64,000 bases of DNA from Gemmatimonadaceae bacterium (GTDB taxonomy: Bacteria; Gemmatimonadota; Gemmatimonadetes; Gemmatimonadales; Gemmatimonadaceae), in assembly GCA_051859245.1 (NCBI GenBank), contig JBHYGA010000001.1, forward strand, positions 320,001 through 384,000. The letters are read 5' to 3'. Under the pieces are notes generated by a model. The model saw nothing but the letters and a program-made list of their open reading frames with translations. It was not told the DNA's origin and made no database searches. The stretch's first letter is position 1; each line of letters begins with the position of its first letter. The position numbers were made by a program, and so were the translations under genes. This document shows positions 48,219-57,939 of this stretch, one piece after another.

Positions 48219-48982
48219 GTCAGGCCTTCGCTGCTGCGGGTAAGGAACCGATGCACTTCGTCGCTCGGTGGGTTGTCGCGTAACTCTGCGGGATTGCCAA
48301 GCGCTGTCATTGTTTTTTCGTTGATGTCAAGAAACAGCGCACGGTCTGCAATTCGGAAAATGCTGTCCAGATCATGCGTCACCACCACGATGGTCGTACC
48401 GAAGCTTGCCTTGAGCTCCACGATCAGGTCGTCGAGGCGGCTGGCGCTGATCGGATCGAGACCAGAAGACGGCTCGTCGAAGAACAACACCTCCGGATCG
48501 AGCGCGATGGCGCGAGCGAGTGCGGCGCGCTTGCGCATACCGCCACTGATCGCCGACGGATAGAACTCTTCAAAACCGCGCAGTCCCACAAGCGCCAGCT
48601 TGAGTGAGACGATCTCGGCGATTACCCGCTCGTCCAGCGACGTAAACTCGGCCAGCGGCAGTGCCACATTCTCGGCGAGTGTGAGTCCGCTCCAGAGCGC
48701 GCCGTTCTGGTATAGCACACCCATACGGCGCAGGACCTGCTTTCGATGGGCGTCGTCGTCGATGTCAAACTCTTTGCCGTCAAAGAGAATGGTGCCTTCG
48801 GCCGGTGCCTTCAATCCGATCAAATGCTTGAGCAGCGTGCTCTTGCCGCTGCCGCTACCGCCCATGATGACGAAAACTTCACCACGCTGAATGGAGAAGT
48901 TGAGATCGTTCATGATCACAAGGTCTCCGTACCGCATAGTGAGATTTCGCACTTCAATCGCGGGTGTGGTCGAGATTGTCAT
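48215..48982 (-). CDS. MlaF-type ABC transporter ATP-binding protein
   Basis: GGSGSGKST, ISGGMRKR, FFDEP, VVTHD. Confidence 0.93.
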   Translation of the reverse strand: MTISTTPAIEVRNLTMRYGDLVIMNDLNFSIQRGEVFVIMGGSGSGKSTLLKHLIGLKAPAEGTILFDGKEFDIDDDAHRKQVLRRMGVLYQNGALWSGLTLAENVALPLAEFTSLDERVIAEIVSLKLALVGLRGFEEFYPSAISGGMRKRAALARAIALDPEVLFFDEPSSGLDPISASRLDDLIVELKASFGTTIVVVTHDLDSIFRIADRALFLDINEKTMTALGNPAELRDNPPSDEVHRFLTRSSEGLT

Positions 48983-50106
48983 ATGTTGAGCAGGGCAGCC
49001 AGCCAGTCGATCACGGCGTTGGCGAGAATGATGAGTGTGATGCCGAGCACAACCGCGGAGGTCGCCGCGCGACCAACCGCGCCAGCGTCACTGCCGGTCT
49101 GCAGCCCTTTCAGGCAACCCGAAAAACCGATGACCAAGCCGAACACCAGGCCCTTGAACACGCCAAGCAGCGCGTCGGTGAGCGTCATGACGTACAACAA
49201 GCCACCAATGAACTGCTTGGCGGACAGGTCAACCATAGAAACAGACACCAGCATGCCACCCATAATGCCAACAAAATCTGCGTAGAGCGTGAGCAGCGGC
49301 ATCATCAACAGAATGCCGAGCATGCGCGGCAACACCAGATGTTCAACCGGAGAGATGCCCAGTGTGACAAACGCATCGATCTCCTCGGTGATTTTCATGC
49401 TGCCGAGCTCGGCGGCAAAGCCGGCGCCGGTGCGGCCGGCCATGATGATTCCCGTCATGAGTGCGCCCATTTCGCGCAACATGCCAAAGCCCACCAGATA
49501 CGATGTGTAGTAACCAGCGCCAAACCGTTCGAGCACGACCACGCCAAGAAAGGCAATAATCACACCAACCAGCAGCGCGATGAGTGTGACAATCGGGAGT
49601 GCCCCGGAGCTGTTCGATTGCACGACCACCCAGAACTCACGCCATCGCATGCGCACACCGCGGCCGGGCAGCTGGGCCGCCGCCAACGCGACTTCACCGG
49701 CGAAAGTGATGGTTGATTCGACGTTCGCCCATGTCGCAATGCCCTTGCTGCCGAGTCGCGCGACGAACGTTTCCTGAGCGGGCGTCTCTGCGGTGGCCGT
49801 TCGCTCGGGGACCGCTCGCGAAAGGGTGAGCAAGCGCATGACCTGTTCCGGCAGGCCAGACGGGTCCATCTCAATCTTTTCTGCCGTGCAGTAGGCTTGT
49901 GCCTGCTCGAGAAACACGAGCAGGCTGCTGTCCCAGGAGCCGAGCGCGGAGGTGTCGAACGTGAGCCTGCGCGCCTGTTCGCCGGACGCGCGACGCGAAA
50001 CGCCGGGCTCAAAGCGCGGCGTCTTCTGCTCAACCGACCAGTCGCCGGAAAGAGCGGCAACAAGCGTACCAGCGTCCGAGCGAATCTCGGCGACGGCGGA
50101 TGTCAT
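48979..50106 (-). CDS. MlaE-type ABC permease with N-terminal STAS-like domain
   Basis: WDSS, REMGALMTGIIMAGRTG, ELGSMKITEEIDA, VGRAATSAVV; ATG at 50106. Confidence 0.92.
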   Translation of the reverse strand: MTSAVAEIRSDAGTLVAALSGDWSVEQKTPRFEPGVSRRASGEQARRLTFDTSALGSWDSSLLVFLEQAQAYCTAEKIEMDPSGLPEQVMRLLTLSRAVPERTATAETPAQETFVARLGSKGIATWANVESTITFAGEVALAAAQLPGRGVRMRWREFWVVVQSNSSGALPIVTLIALLVGVIIAFLGVVVLERFGAGYYTSYLVGFGMLREMGALMTGIIMAGRTGAGFAAELGSMKITEEIDAFVTLGISPVEHLVLPRMLGILLMMPLLTLYADFVGIMGGMLVSVSMVDLSAKQFIGGLLYVMTLTDALLGVFKGLVFGLVIGFSGCLKGLQTGSDAGAVGRAATSAVVLGITLIILANAVIDWLAALLNI

Positions 50107-50213
50107 ACCAAAAAGCAGTGCAGCAGGCGAGATACCTATCGATTGAGGGTGAGACGCACGATGCTGATGTCTGCGTACCCCAAACCGTCGATCGGTGTGC
50201 CAACGCACTTACG

Positions 50214-50774
50214 TCATATGCGATCTATCTCTTGAGAGAGAGACAAGGCATGTCGCGTCGGGGAATCAACGAGTTTGGCAATCTCCCATTGCAGCACGGA
50301 GCCGAGCGTTTCGTGTATCGACGCGCTTCGCGTGACAAATCCGCACTTCCTGAGAACACCTGCAGAATCTATCGCAGTCACCCTCGTGTGCGCCTTCACG
50401 GCGAGCACTCTCGGGTCGCTGAACGCTCGCCGTACGAGCTGCAGTGTGGCGGCGGTTGCATACCCCCGCCGTCGATACGCAGGTGCAATCTCGTAGCCAA
50501 TCTCCACCCGACCGTGGTTGTCTGGCGGACCCTTGAAGCCGCCGTTGCCGACCAGCGCCGCACGCTCTGTGTCAACAAAGAAAAAGCCACCCCACTCGCG
50601 TGCATTCGCCTGCGCCTGTGCAACGTGAGTGCTGGCGAAGGCGTGAGCAAACATGGGCCAATCTTCTGGAATCGACGCGTTCAGCACGCGAGCAAGCTCA
50701 TGTCTGTCTTCACGCACCAGCTGTGCGTGCTCAGGCGACACGTCAACGAGTAACACGAACACGCTGCTCTCCAT
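50214..50774 (-). CDS. GNAT family acetyltransferase (RimJ/RimL-like)
   Basis: GGFKGPP, VEIGYEIAPAYRRRGYAT, VLRKCGF. Confidence 0.88.
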   Translation of the reverse strand: MESSVFVLLVDVSPEHAQLVREDRHELARVLNASIPEDWPMFAHAFASTHVAQAQANAREWGGFFFVDTERAALVGNGGFKGPPDNHGRVEIGYEIAPAYRRRGYATAATLQLVRRAFSDPRVLAVKAHTRVTAIDSAGVLRKCGFVTRSASIHETLGSVLQWEIAKLVDSPTRHALSLSQEIDRI

Positions 50775-50789
50775 GCTGCACTCACACCT

Positions 50790-51689
50790 TCATCGTGAGC
50801 CAGTGACGCGCGGCGTTACAGTTGCCAGATAAAGGCGTAGCGCAATCAACTCCTCGTCGGTCATGCCGCCGATTTGTTTCCATGGCATGGCCTCGTGCAG
50901 CGCGTGTCCGCTCGGATTGATGCCGGTTCGCATCGTTCGGATAAAATCGGTTTCGCTCCATGTGCCGATGCCAGTCGGTGTCAGGTTGGATGCCGCGGGC
51001 CAATCCGGCGGCGCGCCGGGAATCTTTCCGCCACCAAGCGTGGCGCCGTGACATCCCGCACAGCCGGCTGCGAGATACGCGCCGTGTTCAACCGTGGCGC
51101 CCGTTGGTGCCACCAAGGGTGCGCGTTTGTCATGATCAATCCGGTAGTACGGAAACAGCGCGAGTTGACCGGCAACGGCGAGCGCGCGCCCAACGGGTCC
51201 AACGCGCATGGGCGGCAGTATGCGGTCAACCGGCGGTTGCGCACGCATGTACGCGATGATGGCAACTAACTGGTCGTCTGCCATGCCGGCGTACTCGTGC
51301 GACGGCATGAAGCGCAACACGCGACCGTCAGGCGCGACGCCATGTCGAATCGCGGCTTCCAACGCGGCGTTGTCGTACTGTGCCAACACGCCGCCATGAC
51401 CCAACGTCAGATTTGGGGCGGTGAGCCGCATAACGAGTGGCTCGTCGACCAGCACATCGCCGCCGAGATCTGCGCCATGACAATGCACACAACCGGACAC
51501 GGCATCAACGATGTGGGCACCCTTGGCGACTGTCGCAGAATCCTGTGTCACATTCAGGGAGACGGGCGGAGGCAGTGGCACCCGATGGTGAATCAACCAT
51601 TCGGTACGCGCATACACGGCGGCGATGACGAATGCGCCAAGGGCGATGACGGCCAGGAGACCCCGGCCAATCCAGCGTAACACGTTCAT
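50790..51689 (-). CDS. Membrane-anchored di-haem c-type cytochrome (paralog of 6035..7057)
   Basis: CVHCH and CAGCH; APNLT; PPDWPAASNLTP; MPW. Confidence 0.9.
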   Translation of the reverse strand: MNVLRWIGRGLLAVIALGAFVIAAVYARTEWLIHHRVPLPPPVSLNVTQDSATVAKGAHIVDAVSGCVHCHGADLGGDVLVDEPLVMRLTAPNLTLGHGGVLAQYDNAALEAAIRHGVAPDGRVLRFMPSHEYAGMADDQLVAIIAYMRAQPPVDRILPPMRVGPVGRALAVAGQLALFPYYRIDHDKRAPLVAPTGATVEHGAYLAAGCAGCHGATLGGGKIPGAPPDWPAASNLTPTGIGTWSETDFIRTMRTGINPSGHALHEAMPWKQIGGMTDEELIALRLYLATVTPRVTGSR

Positions 51690-51727
51690 ATGTTCCTACG
51701 TTGATTAAGGTGAAATAGCGCGCGTAT

Positions 51728-52360
51728 TCAGCGCATCAGCCCGTGAGCCACCACGTAGCGAACGAGCTCGGCGTTCGATGTGGCAGGTAGTTTCTCCAGC
51801 AGTCGCATGCGATACGTGCTGACCGTTTTTACACTCAGCGACAGCACGGCTGCGATTTCCGTGACGGAACGTCCGGAACCGAGCAGGCACAACACTTCAA
51901 ACTCACGATCGCTCAGGCGTTCGTGTGGCAATCCCTGCGTGCCCGCGCTCAACTCGGCGGCCAATCGTTCCGCGAGAGTCGCGCTCACGTATCGACCACC
52001 CGCGTGCACTTTTCGGACGGCCGCAACCAGTTCGCCCGGCGAATGATCCTTCGTGAGGTATCCGCGGGCGCCAGCACGCAGCGCGCGCGTCGCGTACTGC
52101 TCTTCCGAGTGCACGCTGAGTACGAGCACGCCAATCGTGGGATGCATTTCGCGCAGCGCTTCCAGCAGTGGTACGAGCCCTGGTCCGGGCATTGAGACAT
52201 CCAGCAGCAATACATCGGTCGGTACTTTGCGAAGGCGCTCCACCAGATCAACACCACTGGTCGCTTCTCCAACAACCACCATATCGCCTTCGTCCGCCAC
52301 GATGCCGATGAGTCCGGCGCGAACGATCGGATGATCGTCGGCAATGAACAGACGCATCAT
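51728..52360 (-). CDS. NarL/UvrY family response regulator
   Basis: IADDHPIVRAG, LLDVSMP, LSDREFEV...KTVSTYR. Confidence 0.94.
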   Translation of the reverse strand: MMRLFIADDHPIVRAGLIGIVADEGDMVVVGEATSGVDLVERLRKVPTDVLLLDVSMPGPGLVPLLEALREMHPTIGVLVLSVHSEEQYATRALRAGARGYLTKDHSPGELVAAVRKVHAGGRYVSATLAERLAAELSAGTQGLPHERLSDREFEVLCLLGSGRSVTEIAAVLSLSVKTVSTYRMRLLEKLPATSNAELVRYVVAHGLMR

Positions 52361-53904
52361 GGACGTGCACCAACGGGGGGAATGACAAGCCGTACCTGAG
52401 TACCACCAGTGGACAGACTGTCAATCGACAACGTGCCGCCAGCCGCAGCGGCACGTTCGTATTGGCCGAGCAGACCGAGCGAACACCGATCAGACAGCTC
52501 GGCCTCGGTGATGCCGCGTCCGTCATCGCTGATCACCACAACAACCTGCGTGTCGTCGGCTTGCATTGAAACATGCACCGTACGTGCCCCCGCATGCCGC
52601 GCTACGTTGGTGAGCGCCTCCTGCACAATGCGAAACACCGTCGTGCGCGCGTTGCTGTCGAGCGGGGGATCCGTTGCCGGCAAATCCACAGCCACACGCA
52701 CGTTCGACATGCGTGCAAATCGCTGTGCCTGCCACTCCAGCGCCGCGACGATGCCGAGATCGTCCAGCACGGCGGGACGCAACTCCGTGGCGATGCGGCG
52801 CACCACGTTCATGGCGCCCGCAATCCGCTCGAGCGCGTCCGCGACACGCTCACGAGCTGGCGCAGCATCGAGCGGCAAGTGAGCGTGCGTCCACGCAAGA
52901 TCCAGCTTGACGCCCGTGAGCAACTGTCCGAGTTCATCGTGAATCTCCCGCGAAATGGCGCGCCTTTCCTCTTCGCGGACGTGCTGCTGTCGACTGGCCA
53001 GTGCACGCAACTGCTGTCGTGAGGCCTCTACTTCCGCTTCGGCCAATCGTCGATCTGTGACATCATGCGCGATGGTCAGTACGCACATGGTGCCTTGCAG
53101 TTCAATGAGTGTTGACGACAACTGCGTGATCTCACGACGGCCATCCCGCGTATAACCCGCGAACTCGAGATCGACCACGGTGCCCTCGCGACGCAAGCGT
53201 TCGATGTATCGCTCGCGCGCGGCGGGTTCCTGCCACAGCCCGAGTTCCACCGACGTGCGACCGATGACCTCTTCCCTGGTGCGCCGAAGATCGCGCAGGA
53301 ACGCGTCGTTCACTTCCACGAATCGGCCATCGTCAAGTCGATTAATCGTGAGGCGAAAGGGCGAGAGCCGGAACGCCGCTTCGTAACGGGCTTCGGAATC
53401 ACGCAGCGCACGTTCCGCCTGATATCGCTCGGTCACATCGCGCTGTACGCCGAAATGTCCGGCAATGCGACCGTCCGGCGTGTAGAGGCACATGTACTCG
53501 CCGTCAATGCGCACTGGCGCGCCATCTTCACGGCGTTCGTCGGTTTCGTAACGCGCCTGTCCGTTGTCGAAGAACTCCGCCCACATGCGACGTCCCTCGG
53601 CAATGTCGTGTGCGTAGAAGTCAGCCGGCGTCCGTCCGAGAAATGAATCACGGGTCGCTTGATATTGCTGTAACATCGCGTCATTCACACGTGTGATTCG
53701 CTGGTGAGCAAACGCGTAGTCGAGCAGCGCTTCGCGGTTTGACTCACTGTGGTTCCAGGGGATGGGCGTATCGAGCATCATGAAGAACGCGCCCGTCAGC
53801 GATTGACTGAAGAACAGTTCGAGCAGGTCACGATCTGCCAGTGACGCTCCACCCGCGATCTCGGTCATCACCAGGCTCCAGGGCGTGAGGACTTGGGAGG
53901 CCAC
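52357..53904 (-). CDS. Cytoplasmic dual-PAS sensor histidine kinase (HisKA_3)
   Basis: Two PAS/PAC units; EERRAISREIHDELGQ, LRP..LDDLG, EALTNV.RH, DDGRG, LGL. Confidence 0.92.
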   Translation of the reverse strand: MASQVLTPWSLVMTEIAGGASLADRDLLELFFSQSLTGAFFMMLDTPIPWNHSESNREALLDYAFAHQRITRVNDAMLQQYQATRDSFLGRTPADFYAHDIAEGRRMWAEFFDNGQARYETDERREDGAPVRIDGEYMCLYTPDGRIAGHFGVQRDVTERYQAERALRDSEARYEAAFRLSPFRLTINRLDDGRFVEVNDAFLRDLRRTREEVIGRTSVELGLWQEPAARERYIERLRREGTVVDLEFAGYTRDGRREITQLSSTLIELQGTMCVLTIAHDVTDRRLAEAEVEASRQQLRALASRQQHVREEERRAISREIHDELGQLLTGVKLDLAWTHAHLPLDAAPARERVADALERIAGAMNVVRRIATELRPAVLDDLGIVAALEWQAQRFARMSNVRVAVDLPATDPPLDSNARTTVFRIVQEALTNVARHAGARTVHVSMQADDTQVVVVISDDGRGITEAELSDRCSLGLLGQYERAAAAGGTLSIDSLSTGGTQVRLVIPPVGARP

Positions 53905-54083
53905 GGCACGAACCGCTCGCGCCCGCGACCGTCAATAATCGGCTCTCGTGAATCACTCCACGCAAGGGAGGATAGACCGGCCGGTTCGCGGATGGCATCG
54001 GTGCAAACCGCGGGTGCGTGCGGGACGATTAGACGCACGGCTGTCAGCGTGTGTCCGACGGCGAACGCGAGCGGCATGGCGGG

Positions 54084-55991
54084 CTAATGCACCACGACGG
54101 GGATTGCGCCACGCTGCCGGAGCGCTGGCGGCATCTCCGACATGGAGTGGTGTAGCAGGTACGTTCCACGGTGCCTGAGCGTAAACTCGACGTCGTGAAT
54201 TTCTCCCGGGCCGAACAGCACGCGCGCCGGTCCCGCCACGCGCTGCCGCTGCGGTAGGTGGGCGCCGTCCTTTGCCACCGGCGTCCATGTCGCCGGAAAC
54301 ACGAACTGCATCAGCGACACATTGAGAGTGTAGTCCGTGCGGATATTGATGAGACGCAGTCGGTATGTAACGCCCACTGAAAGGTGCAGTGTATCGGCGC
54401 TCAATTTGCCGTTCACTCGCGTCGCAGGAAACGGACCGCTGATCAGATTGCCGGTCGGGCCGTCGTCGCTGAAGAGCAGGACGCGATCCGTCTCTGGTGA
54501 CCAGCGTTCTGTTGAATCGAGCACGATGATCGCTCCGTGCAGCCCGGATGATATCTGCCCGATCTCGTTGAAGTGCGAGTGATACATGAACGTGCCGGCT
54601 CGTGTTGGCGTGAAGCGCACGGTCAGCGAATCGCCGGTCGCGATTGCCGGCAGTACAGTGTTGCCTTCGCCACTAAATCCCGGCACACCATCGGGAAAGC
54701 TCTCGAGCTCAATGCCATGCCAGTGCACGGCGGCCGGCTCGTGTGACCGGTTCACGATCCTGACTGCGACCGGCTCATTCCGTGTGAGCACGAGCGTTGG
54801 CCCATTCGCGGTGAAATCACGACCGGCGGCAGTGCTGTCGTCTCCGAAACGATAGCGGTATCCCGGTTGCGCACCGAACACGTTTGGGTGCGAATCGATG
54901 AGCAGTCGAAGCGGGCGATGGGTCGCGGGAGGCTCCGGTGTAGTACCACGAGGCGCCACGTAGATGCCCATCACCATGCCGGCCATCGCGTGCGAATGTG
55001 CACTATGCCCTGATGCCGCTGACGCAACACCGCGCGTTGTGCTGAGCGAGGCGATATGCGACATGTGTGTTGCCACATGGCAATGCAGCAGCCAGTTGCC
55101 GGGGCGCGACGGAGACCAGGTGAACTCCATCGTGCCCCCTGCAGACATGAGCTCGGTCACCGCCTGGCGTTGATCTTGCGCGGCGTACGTGGTGTATCGC
55201 GAGCCATCGCCAACGCCGTCCACACGAAAATAGAAGCCATGCAGATGCATGGGATGGTTCAGAATCGTCATGTTGATCCACCGCCAACGCAGCGAATCGC
55301 CCTGCGCTACATGCAGGGGCTCGGTGTGTGGCCATGACTGGCCGTTAATCGCGATGGTAAGTCGCTCCACCCCGGTCGTACTCGTCGCGTCCAGTTTGTA
55401 CCACCACGAAATCAGGAACACGCGATCGTCTCGCACGACAGCATCCGAACCATCGATGACGATCGCACCGTTGAGCTGACTGTCTTCATCACCACGCGTC
55501 AACCACTGTGCTCGTGAGGTCTTGCCAGCGTAGTAAAAGGTCCCGGGCGCCGTTGCGTAAAATGCGAACGTATGCCGTGCGCCCGGCGCAATGCTCACGC
55601 TATCTGCTGCGAGTCCAAGAGTGCTGCCGAGACCACGCAGCGTAAGGGCTTTCGCGAGCTGATTATGCACCACCACCACCACACGCATGCCTTGGCGCGC
55701 GCGAATCACGGGTCCGGGATTCTGCAGTGTCTTACCTACCTCGGCGAACGCGGCCACGTCCAGACCGAGTCCGCTTCGACTTTCGGGATGCCAACGTCCC
55801 ATTCGCGTTTCCAACTCGACGAACAACGTGTCGCCACGAATGACACCCGCCGTCACGCGGTTGTCATTGGGCGAGACATCGCTCACAACGTGCCGCAGGG
55901 TGTCACGTGCAGGTTCTGCATGTGTTGTTGTCGCGGCGACCATCAAGGCAGCGCCTGCTCCAACCGAGCACATCAATATCACTTTGCGCAT
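54084..55991 (-). CDS. Multicopper oxidase family protein, four cupredoxin domains
   Basis: HPMHLHG, WLLHCHVATH, VHWHG, FMYHSH; N-terminal signal peptide. Confidence 0.88.
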   Translation of the reverse strand: MRKVILMCSVGAGAALMVAATTTHAEPARDTLRHVVSDVSPNDNRVTAGVIRGDTLFVELETRMGRWHPESRSGLGLDVAAFAEVGKTLQNPGPVIRARQGMRVVVVVHNQLAKALTLRGLGSTLGLAADSVSIAPGARHTFAFYATAPGTFYYAGKTSRAQWLTRGDEDSQLNGAIVIDGSDAVVRDDRVFLISWWYKLDATSTTGVERLTIAINGQSWPHTEPLHVAQGDSLRWRWINMTILNHPMHLHGFYFRVDGVGDGSRYTTYAAQDQRQAVTELMSAGGTMEFTWSPSRPGNWLLHCHVATHMSHIASLSTTRGVASAASGHSAHSHAMAGMVMGIYVAPRGTTPEPPATHRPLRLLIDSHPNVFGAQPGYRYRFGDDSTAAGRDFTANGPTLVLTRNEPVAVRIVNRSHEPAAVHWHGIELESFPDGVPGFSGEGNTVLPAIATGDSLTVRFTPTRAGTFMYHSHFNEIGQISSGLHGAIIVLDSTERWSPETDRVLLFSDDGPTGNLISGPFPATRVNGKLSADTLHLSVGVTYRLRLINIRTDYTLNVSLMQFVFPATWTPVAKDGAHLPQRQRVAGPARVLFGPGEIHDVEFTLRHRGTYLLHHSMSEMPPALRQRGAIPVVVH

Positions 55992-56243
55992 ACGTCTCTC
56001 TGCAATGCTGATTCGGACAGAACATCAGGATGAGCCGATATGCTAGCGACGCCGCACTCCCGAATGGCGTGACTTCCGGAACGTCCTACAGAGATTGTTA
56101 TTGGGCGCTGGCACACGGACGATCGGACCGGTGCGCACGCTGCGTGAAGCAGTTGGCGCAGGCACGCGCGAACGTGTCGCGGCGCGCAGGGTGACAGCGC
56201 GCACGTACACAATGCGCGCTTTCGTCACACTCAACATGTAACT

Positions 56244-56272
56244 CCCCCCGGGGCTTGCCACAAGCGGGGGGG
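56244..56272. promoter_or_regulatory. Inverted repeat CCCCCCGGG-GCTTG-CCA-CAAGC-GGGGGGG, RAE-like element
   Basis: GCTTG/CAAGC core with a 3-nt spacer and C6/G7 flanks, 54 bp upstream of the flavin monooxygenase ATG. Confidence 0.55.
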
Positions 56273-56325
56273 CAGGTGACATCATCGGCGGCTCGCCGCA
56301 ACAGCCCATTTCTTCGGAGGACAAC

Positions 56326-57831
56326 ATGGACGAGTCGCTCAACACACGTTCGTTACACAACATGCAACACGCGGTGGTGGTCGTTGGTGCAGGACCAACC
56401 GGACTGATGCTGGCTGGTGAGCTCGCATTAGCCGGCGTCGACGTGGTCATCATCGAACGTCGGGGAAACCAGCAGCTGATGGGAGCACGTGCTGGCGGGT
56501 TGCATGCACGCACCATCGAAGTGTTTGATCAGCGTGGCATTGCAGATCGGTTTCTCGCCGACGCCATGAAGTATCCCTCCGTTGGCTTTGCGGGCGTCTC
56601 ACTCGATATCAGTGATTTCCCGACGCGCCACCACTATCTGCTTGCACTCTGGCAAACACACATCGAACGGATTCTTGCGGCGTGGGTCGGCGAACTGCGT
56701 GTTCCCATTCACTACGGCGTGGCGGTCGACACTTTTACGCAGCACGACACGCATGTGGAGATCGGCCTCACGGCCGGTCAACGCGTATCAGCGCAGTTTC
56801 TGGTGGGATGCGACGGCGGCCGCAGTACGGTGCGAAACGTCGCCGGCATCGAGTTTGTCGGCACGGATCCGACAACCAGCAATCTCATCGCCGAGGCACA
56901 GCTCATGAGTGAACCGACGGCGTGGGGAATTCGTCGAGACGCGGTGGGCATTCACTCATTGAGCAAGAAAGATGACGGCCGAACGGTGCGCGTGCTTGTG
57001 ACTGAACAGAATGCCGGTGCTACGTCGGAGCCAACAATGCGCGAGCTGAGCGATGCGCTCATCGCCGTGTACGGAACGGACTACGGTATTCATTCTCCCA
57101 CGTGGCTGTCGCGTTTCACGGATGCCACACGACAGGCCATTCGTTATCGGGACCGACGTGTGCTTCTCGCAGGTGACGCGGCGCACATACATCCACCCGA
57201 CGGCGGACACGGTTTACAAACCGGTGTCCAGGACGCGGTTAACCTCGGCTGGAAGTTGGCGCAGGTTGTGAAGGGAATCTCGCCCGACACCTTGCTCGAT
57301 TCGTACCACGAAGAGCGTCATCCGATTGGGGCGCGCGTCCTGCAGAATACGATGGCGTCTGTGGTGCTCCGACGCGCCGACGACCGGACACAAGCGCTGC
57401 GAGACACAATCACAGAGCTGCTCGCGTTCGATGAGCCGCGAAAGCACGTTGCGGCGCTGATGTCTGGCCTCGATGTGCGCTATAACCTTGGTGACGGACA
57501 CGAACTGCTCGGTCGACGTATGCCCGATCTTGACATCGTCACCGCTCATGGACCGCAGCGCGTGTTCACGCTGCTGCACGCGGCGAAGCCGCTGGTGTTC
57601 AACTTTGGCCAACTGCCGAGCATCGATATCACGCCGTGGCGTGATCGCGTAATGATCGTGGATGCGGAATACCACGGTGTGTGGGAACTACCGGCCATCG
57701 GCGCGGTGCGGGCGCCAACTGCCGTCCTGGTTCGGCCAGACGGATACGTTGCATGGGTGGGCGACGCCACGCGGCGTGGTCTGTCAGAGGCGCTCACGCT
57801 CTGGTTCGGACCAGCAGCGGTAATCGATTGA
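56326..57831 (+). CDS. FAD-dependent monooxygenase (group A aromatic hydroxylase; Rox/aklavinone hydroxylase-like)
   Basis: VGAGPTGLMLAGEL, GLHARTIE, VGCDGGRSTVR, LAGDAAHIHPP.GG.G...GVQDAVNLGWKLA, LVRPDGYVAW; RBS GGAGG. Confidence 0.9.
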   Translation: MDESLNTRSLHNMQHAVVVVGAGPTGLMLAGELALAGVDVVIIERRGNQQLMGARAGGLHARTIEVFDQRGIADRFLADAMKYPSVGFAGVSLDISDFPTRHHYLLALWQTHIERILAAWVGELRVPIHYGVAVDTFTQHDTHVEIGLTAGQRVSAQFLVGCDGGRSTVRNVAGIEFVGTDPTTSNLIAEAQLMSEPTAWGIRRDAVGIHSLSKKDDGRTVRVLVTEQNAGATSEPTMRELSDALIAVYGTDYGIHSPTWLSRFTDATRQAIRYRDRRVLLAGDAAHIHPPDGGHGLQTGVQDAVNLGWKLAQVVKGISPDTLLDSYHEERHPIGARVLQNTMASVVLRRADDRTQALRDTITELLAFDEPRKHVAALMSGLDVRYNLGDGHELLGRRMPDLDIVTAHGPQRVFTLLHAAKPLVFNFGQLPSIDITPWRDRVMIVDAEYHGVWELPAIGAVRAPTAVLVRPDGYVAWVGDATRRGLSEALTLWFGPAAVID

Positions 57832-57939
57832 CGTTGCGCTGACTGCTCGTGGCTCGCGTACTCGCTCGCCCTGATGGTATTCTTTGAAGCGTACCGCCGT
57901 GCACAAAACGAAACCCGCTCCTCGATTCCCTTCGGCACG

